A stretch of 64,000 bases of DNA, the filler included, from Stramenopiles sp. TOSAG23-6 (lineage: Eukaryota), in assembly GCA_900128565.1 (NCBI GenBank). It is 17 parts of 17 records of this genome, joined end to end, with 100 filler letters (N's around TTAATTAATTAA, not from the genome) between each part and the next. Parts side by side here need not be neighbours in the genome. Positions count along the whole stretch, not along the records: positions 1 to 3,694 come from LT637403.1; positions 3,795 to 7,483 come from LT637404.1; positions 7,584 to 11,271 come from LT637405.1; positions 11,372 to 15,057 come from LT637406.1; 13 more parts are not named here. The stretch is one strand, 5' to 3'. Below are positions 1-11,978 of the stretch, in pieces (position 1 is the stretch's first letter; every line of letters begins with the position of its first letter). The notes under the pieces were generated by a model that ran no database searches, had not been told where the DNA came from, and worked only from the letters and a program-made list of their open reading frames with translations. The position numbers were made by a program, and so were the translations under genes.

Positions 1-52
1 ACGAAATTTCGTACCTAACGATTTTTTTTTGAAATATTTTTTCACAATACGT

Positions 53-2923
53 GTTCCGTCACATTTAGTCCGTCCACGTGTAATAAATGATGGTGAAGGA
101 CTTCACAGTCGTCGTACTTCTATCAAAAAGGTAAAAAAGAAAGGAGCTGGTGGTTTAATGGAGGCATTATTTGGTGATTCTCAAATACGCGCAGAAATTG
201 AAGAAGAAATTAATGCAGATTTAGCCTCTGTAGAAGGTATTGCATGGGCAAAGTCGATGGCAAATGCCGCGGTCGCTGCAGTCGCAAGTGCAAAAACAAC
301 AAATTCGCAAACTCAAAAAAACGTAAATGTTGTTGAGATGATAGATAAAAATAATAGACAAACTTCAAATGAACAAACTACAAAAGTAGAATCTAAAAAC
401 ACTAGTTCAAAAAATAATGCCGTTCCCGCTATAGATATAATAAAAAATAAAGTGGAAGTAGTAAAAGAAGAGATAAATGTAAAAAAGAATAATGTAACAA
501 ATAAAATCGATACAACAAATGAAACAATTCAGGAACCTAGGAATAAAATCGATACAACAAATGAAACAAGTCAGGAACCAATTCAGGAAACTAGAAATAA
601 AATCGATACAACAAATGAAACAATTCAGGAACCAATTCAGGAACCTAGGCGACCCATTGTGTTAAAAAGAAAGAAAGTAACTATAAAATTAGGCCAACGG
701 CGTGTCCGTCTATGGGATGTTGCAAAAAGCCGCAAAATTACTTCTGATCAATGGCCAACTGTTAATAAACTATCAGTCTATTTAGATGATCATCCTACAC
801 ATGCTCCTATTTTAGATAGAGAACATCCAGGTTTAGCTTATGATGGTATGCGACATAGTCATGTCCACACTGAGAAATTAATAAAATGTCTACAAGAAGT
901 CAGAGTTGATGAACAAACTGCAGATAAACGTCGGAAAAAAATTCGTGATGCCAAAGCGTCTATATCTCAATCAAAGCAAACAGATGGGCGTAGACGAAAA
1001 AAATACGTGAAAGGTGTGAAGAAACAAAAAGCTTTAGAAAAAGTTCGTTTGTTTTTAAAGGACTTTCCTTTCCCCTCGTATGCTACCACGGCTGATACGG
1101 CAACATTTAACCGTAGTCGGGGTGTTAGGTCACTAATTCGTGCAGGACAGAAGTATAGCTTACAACATAGGAAAGGTGTTTATGCTGGAAAGCAACAAAT
1201 GGATATGAATACACAGTTACCGTACCAACGAATGTCTCAATTGTTTAATCAGCCCATGAATTATATGAATGTCGCAAACTCGTCTGGTCTTATGCCAGGC
1301 GCATGGTGTCAACCAATTGCAGGTGTGGGAAACATGTCTCATTATGGAGGTATGACTATGAGGCAAATGAATATTGGAAATAATGATCCTGGGATGTCTG
1401 GGATGTATTCTCGTCATGCACAATTCCAACAAGGATTATTTGCTCAACAGAAAGCATATCAACAAATGGTGCTCGATTTACAGCGAATGGCAAATCCTCA
1501 TGGACCAACAACGAATACGCCTGAAAATAATAGTCCTACTGATGGTAGTGGAAATGCAATAAATGACTCAGTTGGTGTCGATGGAAATGTTAATAATAGT
1601 ACTCAACAACAACAACAACAACTTCAAAGACAGCAACATTTGTTACTCTATCAAAATCAACTACAGCAACAACAGGCTGCCTTCCAACAGCAAGCTGTTC
1701 AAGCTGCCTTGATTGAAAAAATTCAGCAACAACAGGCTTCACATGCTACTATGATGCACCATCAAGCCGCACAAGCTGCTTTCATAGGTAAGTTACAGCA
1801 ACAACAACAGCAACAGGCGACACAAGCAGCTTTAATTGAAAAAATACAACAACAACAGGACCAGGATGCTTTGGTGAGTTCGAAAAATGCTCCTATGGAG
1901 ACAAATATTAAATCAACGAGTCAAAGTGAGCAACAAGATGCTCTTGAAAAAGTGAAACAACAATCTCTTTCATCAGAAACAAATGTTCCAAAATCTATGA
2001 TTGGTACAAACAATAATCCACAGTTCATTGGAAATAATCAAAATGTTCAAAATGTTCAAAATGTTTTAGCTCTTGAAGGTGCTTTGAGTGCTTCTGTAGA
2101 AAATGCCAAAAACTTTGTTCAAACCGAAAATGAAGATATCATTTCGAGTGGCCATCAGAAAACTACAGAATCTGTAAATGATGGTATTACAAAAGGTAAT
2201 GAAGGTAGTGTAATGGAAAATGTCTCAACCGTGGCAAAACCTACTAATGAGATTATTCCTGATTCTACTGTAAATGAATCATTTAACCCTAACCCTTCTG
2301 CTACTTCTACTGTAAATGAATCATTTAACCCTAACCCTTCTGCTACGATGCCTTCAAATCCAACTCCCTTGATTCCACAAACTTTCAACCCTGGTTTTAA
2401 TGGAATTCCAAATTTGTTTCAAATTCCTGGAAATGTGTCAAATGCTGCGGCAAATTACCAAAGAATGTTGATGCTTTCTATGATGTACAACCCCCAACAA
2501 ATGGCACAAGCCCAGATGTATGCTCATATGCAGCAACAGCAACAGCTACAGCATTTAAAACAGCAACAATTACAGCAGCAGCATATTCAGCAACAGCAAC
2601 AACAGCAATTGAAAGAACATCATTTATTTGAACAGCCAGTAGAAGTACAATCAAAACATATGGATACAGAAACACAAGCTACTGAAAATTCACCTACGAA
2701 TGAAGATAACAAAGATGTTTTACAATCTGAAGACCAAATTGAAAATTCACCTGTACATGAAGAAAATAAAGATATTTCAAAATCTGAAAATTCACTCATA
2801 AATGAAGAAAACAAAGATATTTCAAAATCTGAAAATTCACCTATAAATGAAGAAAATAAAGATATTTCAAAATCAGAAGAAGAGCCACAACAGGAAGAAA
2901 TTATCCAAAAAAACGTAAAATAA
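53..2923 (+). CDS. Terminal exon of a large Q/N-rich protein with a BRK-like domain (CHD7/kismet/BRM-type C-terminus)
   Basis: Long ORF starting after an intron 3' end (AATACGT|GTT at 52/53). GQRRVRLWDVAKSRKITSDQWPTVNKLSVYLDDHPTH resembles the BRK motif; poly-Q tracts follow. Confidence 0.6.
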   Translation, partial: VPSHLVRPRVINDGEGLHSRRTSIKKVKKKGAGGLMEALFGDSQIRAEIEEEINADLASVEGIAWAKSMANAAVAAVASAKTTNSQTQKNVNVVEMIDKNNRQTSNEQTTKVESKNTSSKNNAVPAIDIIKNKVEVVKEEINVKKNNVTNKIDTTNETIQEPRNKIDTTNETSQEPIQETRNKIDTTNETIQEPIQEPRRPIVLKRKKVTIKLGQRRVRLWDVAKSRKITSDQWPTVNKLSVYLDDHPTHAPILDREHPGLAYDGMRHSHVHTEKLIKCLQEVRVDEQTADKRRKKIRDAKASISQSKQTDGRRRKKYVKGVKKQKALEKVRLFLKDFPFPSYATTADTATFNRSRGVRSLIRAGQKYSLQHRKGVYAGKQQMDMNTQLPYQRMSQLFNQPMNYMNVANSSGLMPGAWCQPIAGVGNMSHYGGMTMRQMNIGNNDPGMSGMYSRHAQFQQGLFAQQKAYQQMVLDLQRMANPHGPTTNTPENNSPTDGSGNAINDSVGVDGNVNNSTQQQQQQLQRQQHLLLYQNQLQQQQAAFQQQAVQAALIEKIQQQQASHATMMHHQAAQAAFIGKLQQQQQQQATQAALIEKIQQQQDQDALVSSKNAPMETNIKSTSQSEQQDALEKVKQQSLSSETNVPKSMIGTNNNPQFIGNNQNVQNVQNVLALEGALSASVENAKNFVQTENEDIISSGHQKTTESVNDGITKGNEGSVMENVSTVAKPTNEIIPDSTVNESFNPNPSATSTVNESFNPNPSATMPSNPTPLIPQTFNPGFNGIPNLFQIPGNVSNAAANYQRMLMLSMMYNPQQMAQAQMYAHMQQQQQLQHLKQQQLQQQHIQQQQQQQLKEHHLFEQPVEVQSKHMDTETQATENSPTNEDNKDVLQSEDQIENSPVHEENKDISKSENSLINEENKDISKSENSPINEENKDISKSEEEPQQEEIIQKNVK

Positions 2924-3103
2924 TAATTGTAAGCAGAGTCACTCAAAAAAACGTAAAATAATAATTGTAAGCAGAGTCACTTGAATTTAAATTCAACGTC
3001 ATAATGAAAAAATGATAAATCAAATCAAATGGAATGAGAGTAATAAAGTCCCTTATATAACTTGAATAATAAATTACTCTCAACCGTATAAATCTTTTTA
3101 ATT

Positions 3104-3640
3104 TCAAATATCTTTCCAATAATTTTTTAGAAAATCGCGCATACACTGTACAATATTTGAATGATCTACACTATTGGACGACTCATGGCGCCAAATTACT
3201 GTACCGTTCTTTTTCGAATCGCTTGAATCATTTGATGTCATGGCTATCAGCACATACGAATTATTTATCTGTGATTCATCTAATTCAATTGAAAAAATCA
3301 CATTCCATTTTGATGATTGCAAAGTATGTGGTAAATTCACTCTTAAAAATTTCTTTTCTCGATGCACAAAAACACAATTATTCGCAACACTAATTGAAGA
3401 CTTTTGTGTTTTTTTATCCCATGATGTCCAAATTTTCCTTTTTGAAAGCACAATCATGAGTGCGTGACGTTGTAGCAACTGTAAGCATACAATAATAGAA
3501 CATATTGTGAAAAATAAAAAAAAATAAAAAATCGTTAGATACAGAATTTTCATAGTAAAAATGAAAGAATAAAAATTGAAATAACGTACATGCTCAACGA
3601 GAATAGAATGCAGTTCATTCGTGGATTTCAGGGAGCGTCC
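3104..3640 (-). CDS. 3' exons of an unknown protein (exons 3640-3590 and 3499-3104)
   Basis: Frame is kept after removing family intron 3500-3589; no family recognised. Confidence 0.5.
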   Translation of the reverse strand, partial: GRSLKSTNELHSILVEHVRYFNFYSFIFTMKILYLTIFYFFLFFTICSIIVCLQLLQRHALMIVLSKRKIWTSWDKKTQKSSISVANNCVFVHREKKFLRVNLPHTLQSSKWNVIFSIELDESQINNSYVLIAMTSNDSSDSKKNGTVIWRHESSNSVDHSNIVQCMRDFLKNYWKDI

Positions 3641-3694
3641 ATGTATTTTGGAAAAATATTTGAAAAAAAAAAAACTAAAATTTGTTAGGTACAA

Positions 3695-3794
3695 NNNNNN
3701 NNNNNNNNNNNNNNNNNNNNNNNNNNNNNNNNNNNNNNTTAATTAATTAANNNNNNNNNNNNNNNNNNNNNNNNNNNNNNNNNNNNNNNNNNNN
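3695..3794. other. Artificial contig linker (N44-TTAATTAATTAA-N44); 16 such linkers split the window into 17 contigs
   Basis: Identical 100-nt spacer recurs every ~3.77 kb, and contig length decreases along the window. Confidence 0.98.
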
Positions 3795-3849
3795 TTTGTA
3801 CCTAACAAATTTTTTAAGATTTTTTTTCAAATATTTTTCCAAAATACAT

Positions 3850-6633
3850 GGAGTAAAGAAGGACAAAAACCAATAGCTGCAACTATAGATTTAGGAAAGA
3901 TTCACACAGATGCGCAGAAACAAAGAGAATCAAAAAAGTGGAAAGAAGAACTAAAAAATAAATGGACGAATCGATCACTGATGACATTCAAACTTGGTGT
4001 AATTGGAGGTGAAAATAATAGTTTTAATAGAAAAGATAAAAAATCCAAAAAAAGTCAACATTCAAAATTATTCTCGACATCAAATGAAAAAGATGATAAA
4101 AGTGAAGAAATACAAAACAAAAAAATATTAGATCAGTCTAACCCTCCGAAAAGGATTAAGAATACTTCACTTATTGTACGTTTTTCAAAATTGAATGTTT
4201 TACCTTTTTTTTTTTTTTGGTTTTCGTACGAAATTTTGTACCTAACGATTATTTTCAAAAAAAAAAATATTTTTTCTCAATACTTCAAGAACGAGCAGAT
4301 TTTGGTCTTTGGGGTTCAGATTCATCATTTGAAGAGGCAAAACAGAATAATATATTTGCAACTAGTGGAGACACACATTGGTGGAAGAAAAATGAATCAG
4401 GTGCTAAACATGCCCGGTCAGCTAAAAAACATGCTAAAAAATTAAAACAGTTAAAAAAACAAAATTTTCATACAAAGTATGAAAAACAAAATAAAAGAAA
4501 GAAAAATTTTGAAAATCGAAAAAAAGAAAGACTTGAAAATGAACAGACTATTTTAATGAGTCAAGAAATTGTTGATGAGAATCCTAACCCTAACCCTACG
4601 ATAGAGAATACTTTATCTCTTTCAAATTCTATACAAAATGCTGCTTTAGTGTCTTTATACGCATCATCATATATCACAAGTCACGTACACGAAATATACA
4701 AATGTGTGACAATAAAAGTTGCCGCTTTAGTATCCTCTCTCGCAGTGCATTGTATTACAATAAAAATAGATCCAATTTTACAAGAAATTTCTTGTATAGT
4801 ACAAGAAACTGAAATTGCACGAAAAAATGCAATGTTACTGAAAGAATTGGCAGAAGAAAGAAAAAATCGTACTATAAAAAAAAATCAATCATTAAAAACA
4901 AAAGACTCAAAAGAAGTCATAACTTTAGAAGAAATGCGTAATGATACGTATAGTAATCCTCGTAAACAGCAACATTCAAGTGGTATTAAAGGATCAAAAG
5001 GATCTAACAAAAGAAGAAAAGCAAATAACAGAAGATCACGTGGTTATTCAATTAGCTCGGATACTCCATCAAGAGATCGATCAAATTCTTTAGTGTCTAT
5101 TGCAAACGATATTGAAAAAACACCAACTGTTCCTGTCTTGGTAAGATCTTTGTCTTCTTCTTCTGGAAATTTTCAAAAGTCTGGTAGAAGTCGAACATTT
5201 CTTTCACCTACACCACCAACATACTCGCGCTCTCTATCTACACCATTAGCTACTGCAGAGCTTCGAAGACGAGATGCGTTAGCTCGAAAAGCTGTATTGA
5301 AATCTAGAAANCAGAACAATGTATGTTTTATTTTTTTTTTGTTTTTTTTTTTAAACCGAAAAAAAAAATCGATTTTTTTTTTTTGTATGAAATTTTGTAC
5401 CTAACAAAAAACATGAAAATATTTTCCTAAAATACATGTCAGACGATTATCAAATTCGTCTGCAAGTTCAATTGGTAGTGATTCAACAGAAGAGAGCGAA
5501 ACGGACAGTGGTAGCAATTTATGTCCGGAGACACCTTCTGTAGAATTGTGTAGGTTTTTTCATCATTTTTTTTCCACCAATTTCGAATGTATTTATTTTG
5601 TACGAAATTTTGTACCTAACGAATTAATTTTTTTTTTTTCTTTTCACAATACATTTGGTACAAGTCCTCCAAATCATCCCAATGGATCTCGTGTATATTA
5701 TTCACGTGAATATTTAGAACTTCTCTCGGCTAAAGACAAAATTGATTCGAAACTTAAAAAGCATTCACGAAGGAAGCCAAATGACAAAGCAAATAGACTG
5801 ACCAAGACCCAAGTAAAATTATATAAGAAGCAATCGGTTACGATGAAGAAACAATTAAGTGAAATGAAACAAAGAATGAAATTTGTTAAACTACGCGAGA
5901 CAATGATTGAAGATGGGACGTTTGAGCCAATGGCAGCAGTGCGTCGTCGAAGTCGTAAAGATAGTGAAAGTAGTATCAGAAGTGCCGCAGATGATGAAGT
6001 AGCAGAAATAAATGTAAATATGGTTGTAGCAAAAACACCAACGGAAAAAATTAATACTCCTGAAAATTCTCATGTTGTTTTGTTTATGAAATTTCATGAA
6101 AATTGGTCGTGGCCCATAAACCCTAGTACTAGTCCCTCATATGATGATACCGACACAACTTCTTTTACTTCAAAGAAAAGCGAAAATATGAATGGAATTC
6201 TTGTTGTTGGTTTTTCAGATGGTTCTATTTTATATGTATGTTTTATTTTTTTTTTTTACAAAAAAATCTTTTTTTTTTCGTACGAAATTTTGTACCTAAC
6301 ATTTTTTTTAGATTTGTTTTGAAATATTTTTCCAAAATTCATGGATGTCCAAATTCTGAAGAATCTTTCAAACTAGTACAAACACCTTCGTGGGTTTCAA
6401 AAGATCCGGCGGAAAGAAATATGCGATCACTTGCAGTTATAAATCCAAAAAAAGCCCCTAACCCTAATAAAAATTGCAGTCAAAATTTTAATCCTAAGAC
6501 TAATTCTATTTCACGAAAAATTGTAGCTGGGTATGATACTGTCACACAAATATGGGATGGTGATACTGGAAAACATATTCGATCTGAACGTCGAAATAGA
6601 GCAGTGCTTCTTCATATGTATGTGACAATCAAT

Positions 6634-6671
<38 letters not shown>

Positions 6672-7429
6672 TTTTTTAAAAAAAAAATCCATACGTAAAA
6701 ATTTTTTTTTTTTTTTTTTTTTTCAAAGATATTTTCTAAAAAAAAAATCCATATGTAACAATTTTTTTTTTTTTTTTAATTTTTCTGACAATATCGGGTT
6801 ACAAATGGAAATGAAGTGGCAACTGCAGATGACTCAGGTTTTATATCGATATGGTCAGTATCAAAATCAATACAACAATTAAGTGTACAACTATCATCTC
6901 TTCTGTTAAGCCCAGTAAATGCTGTACCTGTATGTTTTTTTTTTTTTTTCAATTTTTTGTCTACATTTTTTTTTCGTACGGAATGTCGTACCTAACAAAA
7001 AAAATTAAATTTTGAAGAATATTTTTCACAATTCATGATTCGCCACGTAGAAAGAATTCTATGTATAGCCCAGCTCTATATGCTGCGCAACAAATGGAAT
7101 TAAATGGGAGTGATGTGGTTATTAGTGATAGCATGTATGTTTTATTTTTTTTTCAAATTCGATTTTTTTTTTCGTACGAAATTTCGTACCTAACGATTTT
7201 TTTAGATTTTTTTCTAAATATTTTTCCAAAATACATTAGTATAATGGCACTTGGTACAGATTTTCTTATTGCTGGATCTAGTAATGGTCTAGTAGAAATT
7301 TGGAACAAACATGATGGTCGGAGTATATATGTCAATAATTCAGCTCATATAGGAAAAGTCACTTCTATTGGTATGTCAAAATGTTCTGAAGCACGGTTTG
7401 GTAGAGCTGACGAAACAACGACTGTCATA
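3850..7429 (+). CDS. Multi-exon protein with a low-complexity N-terminal part and WD40-like repeats (partial)
   Basis: Eight exons join in one frame when family introns 4176-4285, 5321-5437, 5550-5654, 6236-6342, 6618-6796, 6930-7036 and 7135-7236 are removed. WD-like motifs: VVGFSDGSI, ATADDSGFISIW, IAGSSNGLVEIW. Confidence 0.7.
4176..4285 (+). mobile_element. Non-canonical introner-like intron, GT-TT
   Basis: ATT|GTACGT...GTACCTAAC...AATACTT|CAA; removal joins two ORFs in frame; TT on both sides. Confidence 0.75.
5321..5437 (+). mobile_element. Non-canonical introner-like intron, GT-AT
   Basis: AAT|GTATGT...GTACCTAAC...AATACAT|GTC; frame restored. Confidence 0.8.
6236..6342 (+). mobile_element. 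Non-canonical introner-like intron, GT-AT
   Basis: TAT|GTATGT...AATTCAT|GGA; frame restored. Confidence 0.8.
7135..7236 (+). mobile_element. Non-canonical introner-like intron, GT-AT, consensus-like copy
   Basis: Perfect GTACGAAATTTCGTAC palindrome plus CTAAC; AT|GTATGT...AATACAT|T. Confidence 0.8.
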
Positions 7430-7648
7430 GTATGTTTTATTTTTTTTTCAATTTCGAATTTATTTTTTTTCGTACGAAATTTTNNNNNNNNNNNNNNNNN
7501 NNNNNNNNNNNNNNNNNNNNNNNNNNNTTAATTAATTAANNNNNNNNNNNNNNNNNNNNNNNNNNNNNNNNNNNNNNNNNNNNTTTTTTTTCGTACGAAA
7601 TTTTGTACCTAACAAATTTTACAAAAAAAATATTTTTTCACAATACTT

Positions 7649-10600
7649 GCGTGTTGAAAAACTAAAAGTAAAAAATAATCCTATCCAAACCATGGAAAAG
7701 ATAAAGTCAAAAACTGAAGCGGAATATCAAGTGACTATTGCAACTTTGGAAGAAAAAGTTGACGCATTGGTAAAGACAATAAATGAATCAAAACACAACA
7801 ATAGTGAAAATATGGAATTTACAATGCGAGGGTTACAGGAGAAAATATCAGAATGTAACTCCCTTCAAGATTCAAATTCAAATTTAGAGTTACAAATAAA
7901 AAGATTACAGAATAAGATCAACAACATGAAAATTGTACATGCAAATGAGAAAGAAATAATCAAACAAGATGTACAAACTGAATTTAAAAACTTTCGTACT
8001 CAAACGGAAAATAATGAAACAAGAGCTCGTGGAACTGTCATGTACGTTTTCAAAATTGAATGTAAATGTTTTTGTGTACCAAAATTTGTACCTAAGAAAA
8101 AAATTGAATGTAAAATATTTTTTCACAATACATGTATGTTTTTTTTTTTTTCAATTTCAAATTTAGTTTTTTTTCGTACGAAATTTCGTACCTAACGACT
8201 TTTTAATGATTTCGTGTTTTTTCACAATACATGGAGCTTGAAAAACGTTTAGCTCTTGCTATCAAGAAATATAAACTTGGCGAGGAACGTTATAATGAAA
8301 GTATCAATAAGCAAAACAATCATTTTTTAGAATGTATGTTTTATTTTTTTTCAAATTCGAAGTTTTTTTTCGTACGAAACTTTGTACCTAACAAATTTTA
8401 GTTTTTTTTTTTTCAAATATTTTTCCAAAATACATTATCTTTGAATGCAGATAAAATAATGAAAGAAGCTGCGGCAGATTTACGGTTGAAAAAATTTTCT
8501 GCTTCATCAAGTGACAAAAATAAAGAAGCAAATGTTGAATTTCAAGTGGCTAAATTAAAATTTGCTGTAGCAAAAAAAGAATGCGAAGTTTTATCTCGTT
8601 TGAAATCAATCTATGTAGAATTTCAAGTAAAAAATATAAATAAAGATGATATTGACAATAATATCATTTCTGAAATAAATATGACTACAGAAACGGCAGA
8701 TCAACATATTGAAAAATCAGGAAAATCACAAGAAACTACATCGAATCAAAAATTATGTGTACTTAAAATACAACTTGATAAAGTATTGCAAGAAAAAGAA
8801 GAAATGGAAGAACGATATGAAAATAATATACGTGTATTAAAAGACACAATACGTGAATTATCTATTCCTCCCTGGTTGAGTTGTGTTTTTCCAGATGACT
8901 ATGAAAACAGTAAAACAAAATCGCAAAAATTATCTACTACTACAGGTGTGAATAGCGATAGTACACATACATATTATAACTATGGATCTGGACAAGACAA
9001 TATGAGTCATATAAATGAAGAAAAACTTCCATGTCAAAATTTTGTACCAAAGAAAACTCCCGATGATAAAACACCATACAAAAGTCTTTCTGAACATTTT
9101 AGAATTATATGTCAACGCCAAGCATTTGAAATCGTCAAGATGCGCCAAGGTTTAATAAAAGTGTATAGTGATCACTCAATATCCATAAGGGAATTACAAA
9201 AGATGTTGCATAACAAGAATGAAAAGATAAATCAATTAAATCAAAATTTATTTGAGAAAGAAGAAGAAATTGCTAATTCTAGTCGGAATCTATCGAAAGA
9301 AGATTTTTTAAAACTTGTCCCATTAGGTATTAAAGAAAATGTAGCCATTAGAATGCGTGATTTAAGTTTGATGCTTACACAAATGGAAACATTGAAAAAT
9401 CGCTATGAAAGTCGCGCGGAACAGTTATCATCCTCTATCACGTCCGTCACTGAAACACTTAGCCAAACAGAAAATATGCTTGAAGCAGCTACGCGGAAAA
9501 TAGAAGCACTTCGATTAGCTCTTGCGTTCTCCAATATTCCTGATTCTATGATTTCTCGATTACTCGAAGCAATGGAAACGATGTCAAAAGAATGTAATAC
9601 AAATATTTGTGATTTGCAAACAAATCATCAAGATTTTCTTCTGAATAAGTCGAAAGATATGAGGCCAATCCTAGCTCTTTTAGATACGTTACGTATCGTT
9701 CAACCACGAGGCAAACTTCCTCAGACAGAGTGTATAGATTCATCTTTGTTAAACGAAAGTATGTCTGGGAATAACATTGGAAAGCGTGTTTTTGTTGAAG
9801 AAATGGTAAACAAGGGGAAAAGTAATAAAAACAAGAATATAGAAGATGTATACCATAAGATTACAAAAGGGACAAAAGCGCGTCGACTTCGCGTAGCATA
9901 TTCCATGAATAAAAGTTCAATAGATAATTCTCAAATATCAAATGAAAAGGTTATCAAACATGCAATTGGTAAAAACAAATATCAAAATAATATGGCAGAA
10001 GCAAGAAAAAGTGCTGCAGCATCTGCGACGACATTCGCAAGAGCTAGTCGATGGACTGCAACGAACAACACGAAAAATAAAAAAGCTGAAAGTAAAATAG
10101 GTAATACACATTCATCACAAACACATGTCTCGAAATCTAAATCAAATAAAACATATAGTGATATTTATGATGCTCAAATGTCTACATCAAGGGATACTAT
10201 TATCAATGAAATATCATTAGCAATTCGTCAAATTTCATATCGTGCTGAAGCATTAGAATCATTGCTTATTCAGAGTGAATCAAAACGTTGTAATAGTTTA
10301 GTCTCTTCTGCAACCTCAAAACTAGAGCAAGTTATAGAAAAGATAGCAATTCAACAAGCTGAGTCCGTTGTTAAAACAGATGTATTGAATCGCCTTATAA
10401 ATCAAGTAGATAAATCCTCTGAAATTTTGATGGCACTCTCTGCAGCGGAAGCTCGAGCAGAAGTAGCTGAAAGCGAATTGGAAAAAGTTCGTGAAGCTGA
10501 AAGATTTCGCGCTAATGTTGCAGAAGAAGACAGATCAAAATGTGAACTGAAATTATCATTAAAAGAACGCGAAATGGAAAATTTAAGAATTCAGAATGGA

Positions 10601-10903
10601 CAATTGACTTTATCACTTCAAGAAAGAACAACACAAGTTGCTGTTTTGACGGATGCATCAAATGCATTGAGCGGAGTCCACTCGGAAGATTTATCTCCTT
10701 CAGTCCCACCAAAAATGTCTGAAATATTGGAATCTCACAATGATGAAAGCATACAACAAGTCATTGCTAATCTTACATTGCATGCTTTGAATTCTTCCTC
10801 ACTTGAAAGTAATACAAGGAAAGAAGTATTGTCGCTTCGAATTCAAATTCGTGAATTAATTATTGAACAAGAACAATTAAGAAGAGAAGTTAATAGGTGG
10901 CGC
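7649..10903 (+). CDS. Large coiled-coil protein (partial; exons 7649-8041, 8233-8333, 8436-10903)
   Basis: E/K/L/Q-rich heptad ORFs join in frame after removing introns 8042-8232 and 8334-8435. Confidence 0.7.
8042..8232 (+). mobile_element. Two abutting family introns (8042-8133 and 8134-8232) with no exon between them
   Basis: GTCAT|GTACGT..AATACAT|GTATGT..AATACAT|GGAG; each unit has its own core motif. Confidence 0.8.
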
Positions 10904-11006
10904 GTATGTTTTATATGAATTTCTAATTTAATGGGTTTTTTTCGTACGAAATTTCGTACCTAACAAATTTTAGTTTTTTTTTTTGAAATATTTTTTCATA
11001 ATACAT

Positions 11007-11197
11007 TATTGATAATTCACCGCATGCCTTCGGATACCAATTAGATAATGGAATTCCAATATTAAGCTGGTTTGATGACCAAAATGACACAGAACTGCTC
11101 TCACTCCTTCCATTTCTGGAAAGTTTGCTGCAAGTTGATGATGTCAGGCCACATGTCAGAAATCAATTTCGTCTGTATAAATTTGTGGAAGAAGCAA

Positions 11198-11202
<5 letters not shown>
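11007..11202 (+). CDS. C-terminal exon of a CTD small phosphatase-like (CTDSPL2/SCP family) protein
   Basis: Manual translation [56 protein letters not shown]; not in the ORF track. Confidence 0.8.
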
Positions 11203-11250
<48 letters not shown>

Positions 11251-11432
11251 TAAAAAAAAAAAAAAAAAAAANNNNNNNNNNNNNNNNNNNNNNNNNNNNN
11301 NNNNNNNNNNNNNNNTTAATTAATTAANNNNNNNNNNNNNNNNNNNNNNNNNNNNNNNNNNNNNNNNNNNNTTTTTCGTACGAAATGTTGTACCTAACGA
11401 ATTTTTTTTTGAAATATTTTTCCAAAATACAT

Positions 11433-11760
11433 GAAATCTTTGCTCTCTTATTTTGGAAAGGATACAGAGAAAACCGACACTTGTCCTCCTGGAGAACTAC
11501 GTTTAATTTGTGATATAAGTGGTGGTCGTATTTTTGATGTACTTCAGAATGAAAAAAATAAAATAGTTAGAAAGAAAATTACTGGAATTCATAAAATAAT
11601 AATTTTAATTGGACCTGAAGGTGGCTTTAGTAGTGATGAGGTACAAGCTGCAATAGAGTGTGGCTTTGTCACTGTATCATTAGGTAAAGCACGTCTCCAC
11701 GCAGAAACGGCTGCTATAATAGCTTCAACTTTTGCATCAGATTTTCTTGGAGAGTTATAA
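11433..11760 (+). CDS. rsmE: C-terminal exon of an RsmE-family (SPOUT) rRNA methyltransferase
   Basis: ILIGPEGGFSSDE...VSLGKARLHAETAAI motif. Confidence 0.85.
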
Positions 11761-11978
11761 AAAAAACATAAAATATATAAATAAACTACAGTGTAAGGAA
11801 AAAAAATGAAGTGTACACATTACATACATTGATATTATGATAAACATAAAAAGGTAAAACAAATAATGTTGCATACATTGATATTATGATAAATATAAAA
11901 AGGTAAAACAAATAATGTATTGATATTATGATAAACATAAAAAGGTAAAACAAATAATATTGAAATCTTTAAATTTAT

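Noticed and set aside
3739-3750. TTAATTAATTAA motif recurring every ~3.77 kb
   Set aside because: Artificial all-frame-stop linker inside N padding.
4221-4247. Core repeat as a CRISPR array or a protein motif (FVRNFVPN / SYEILYLT in many ORFs)
   Set aside because: Copies are dispersed inside eukaryotic genes with no regular spacers or cas genes; the peptides are intron read-through.
5321-5437. Ciliate-like IES removed from DNA
   Set aside because: Elements are oriented with the host gene and carry U1-like donors and a branch-like motif, which favours RNA splicing; not formally excluded without reads.
11201-11271. Poly(A) right after a stop codon, suggesting a retrocopy
   Set aside because: The exon is preceded by an intron, and long A/T runs at contig ends are common here.
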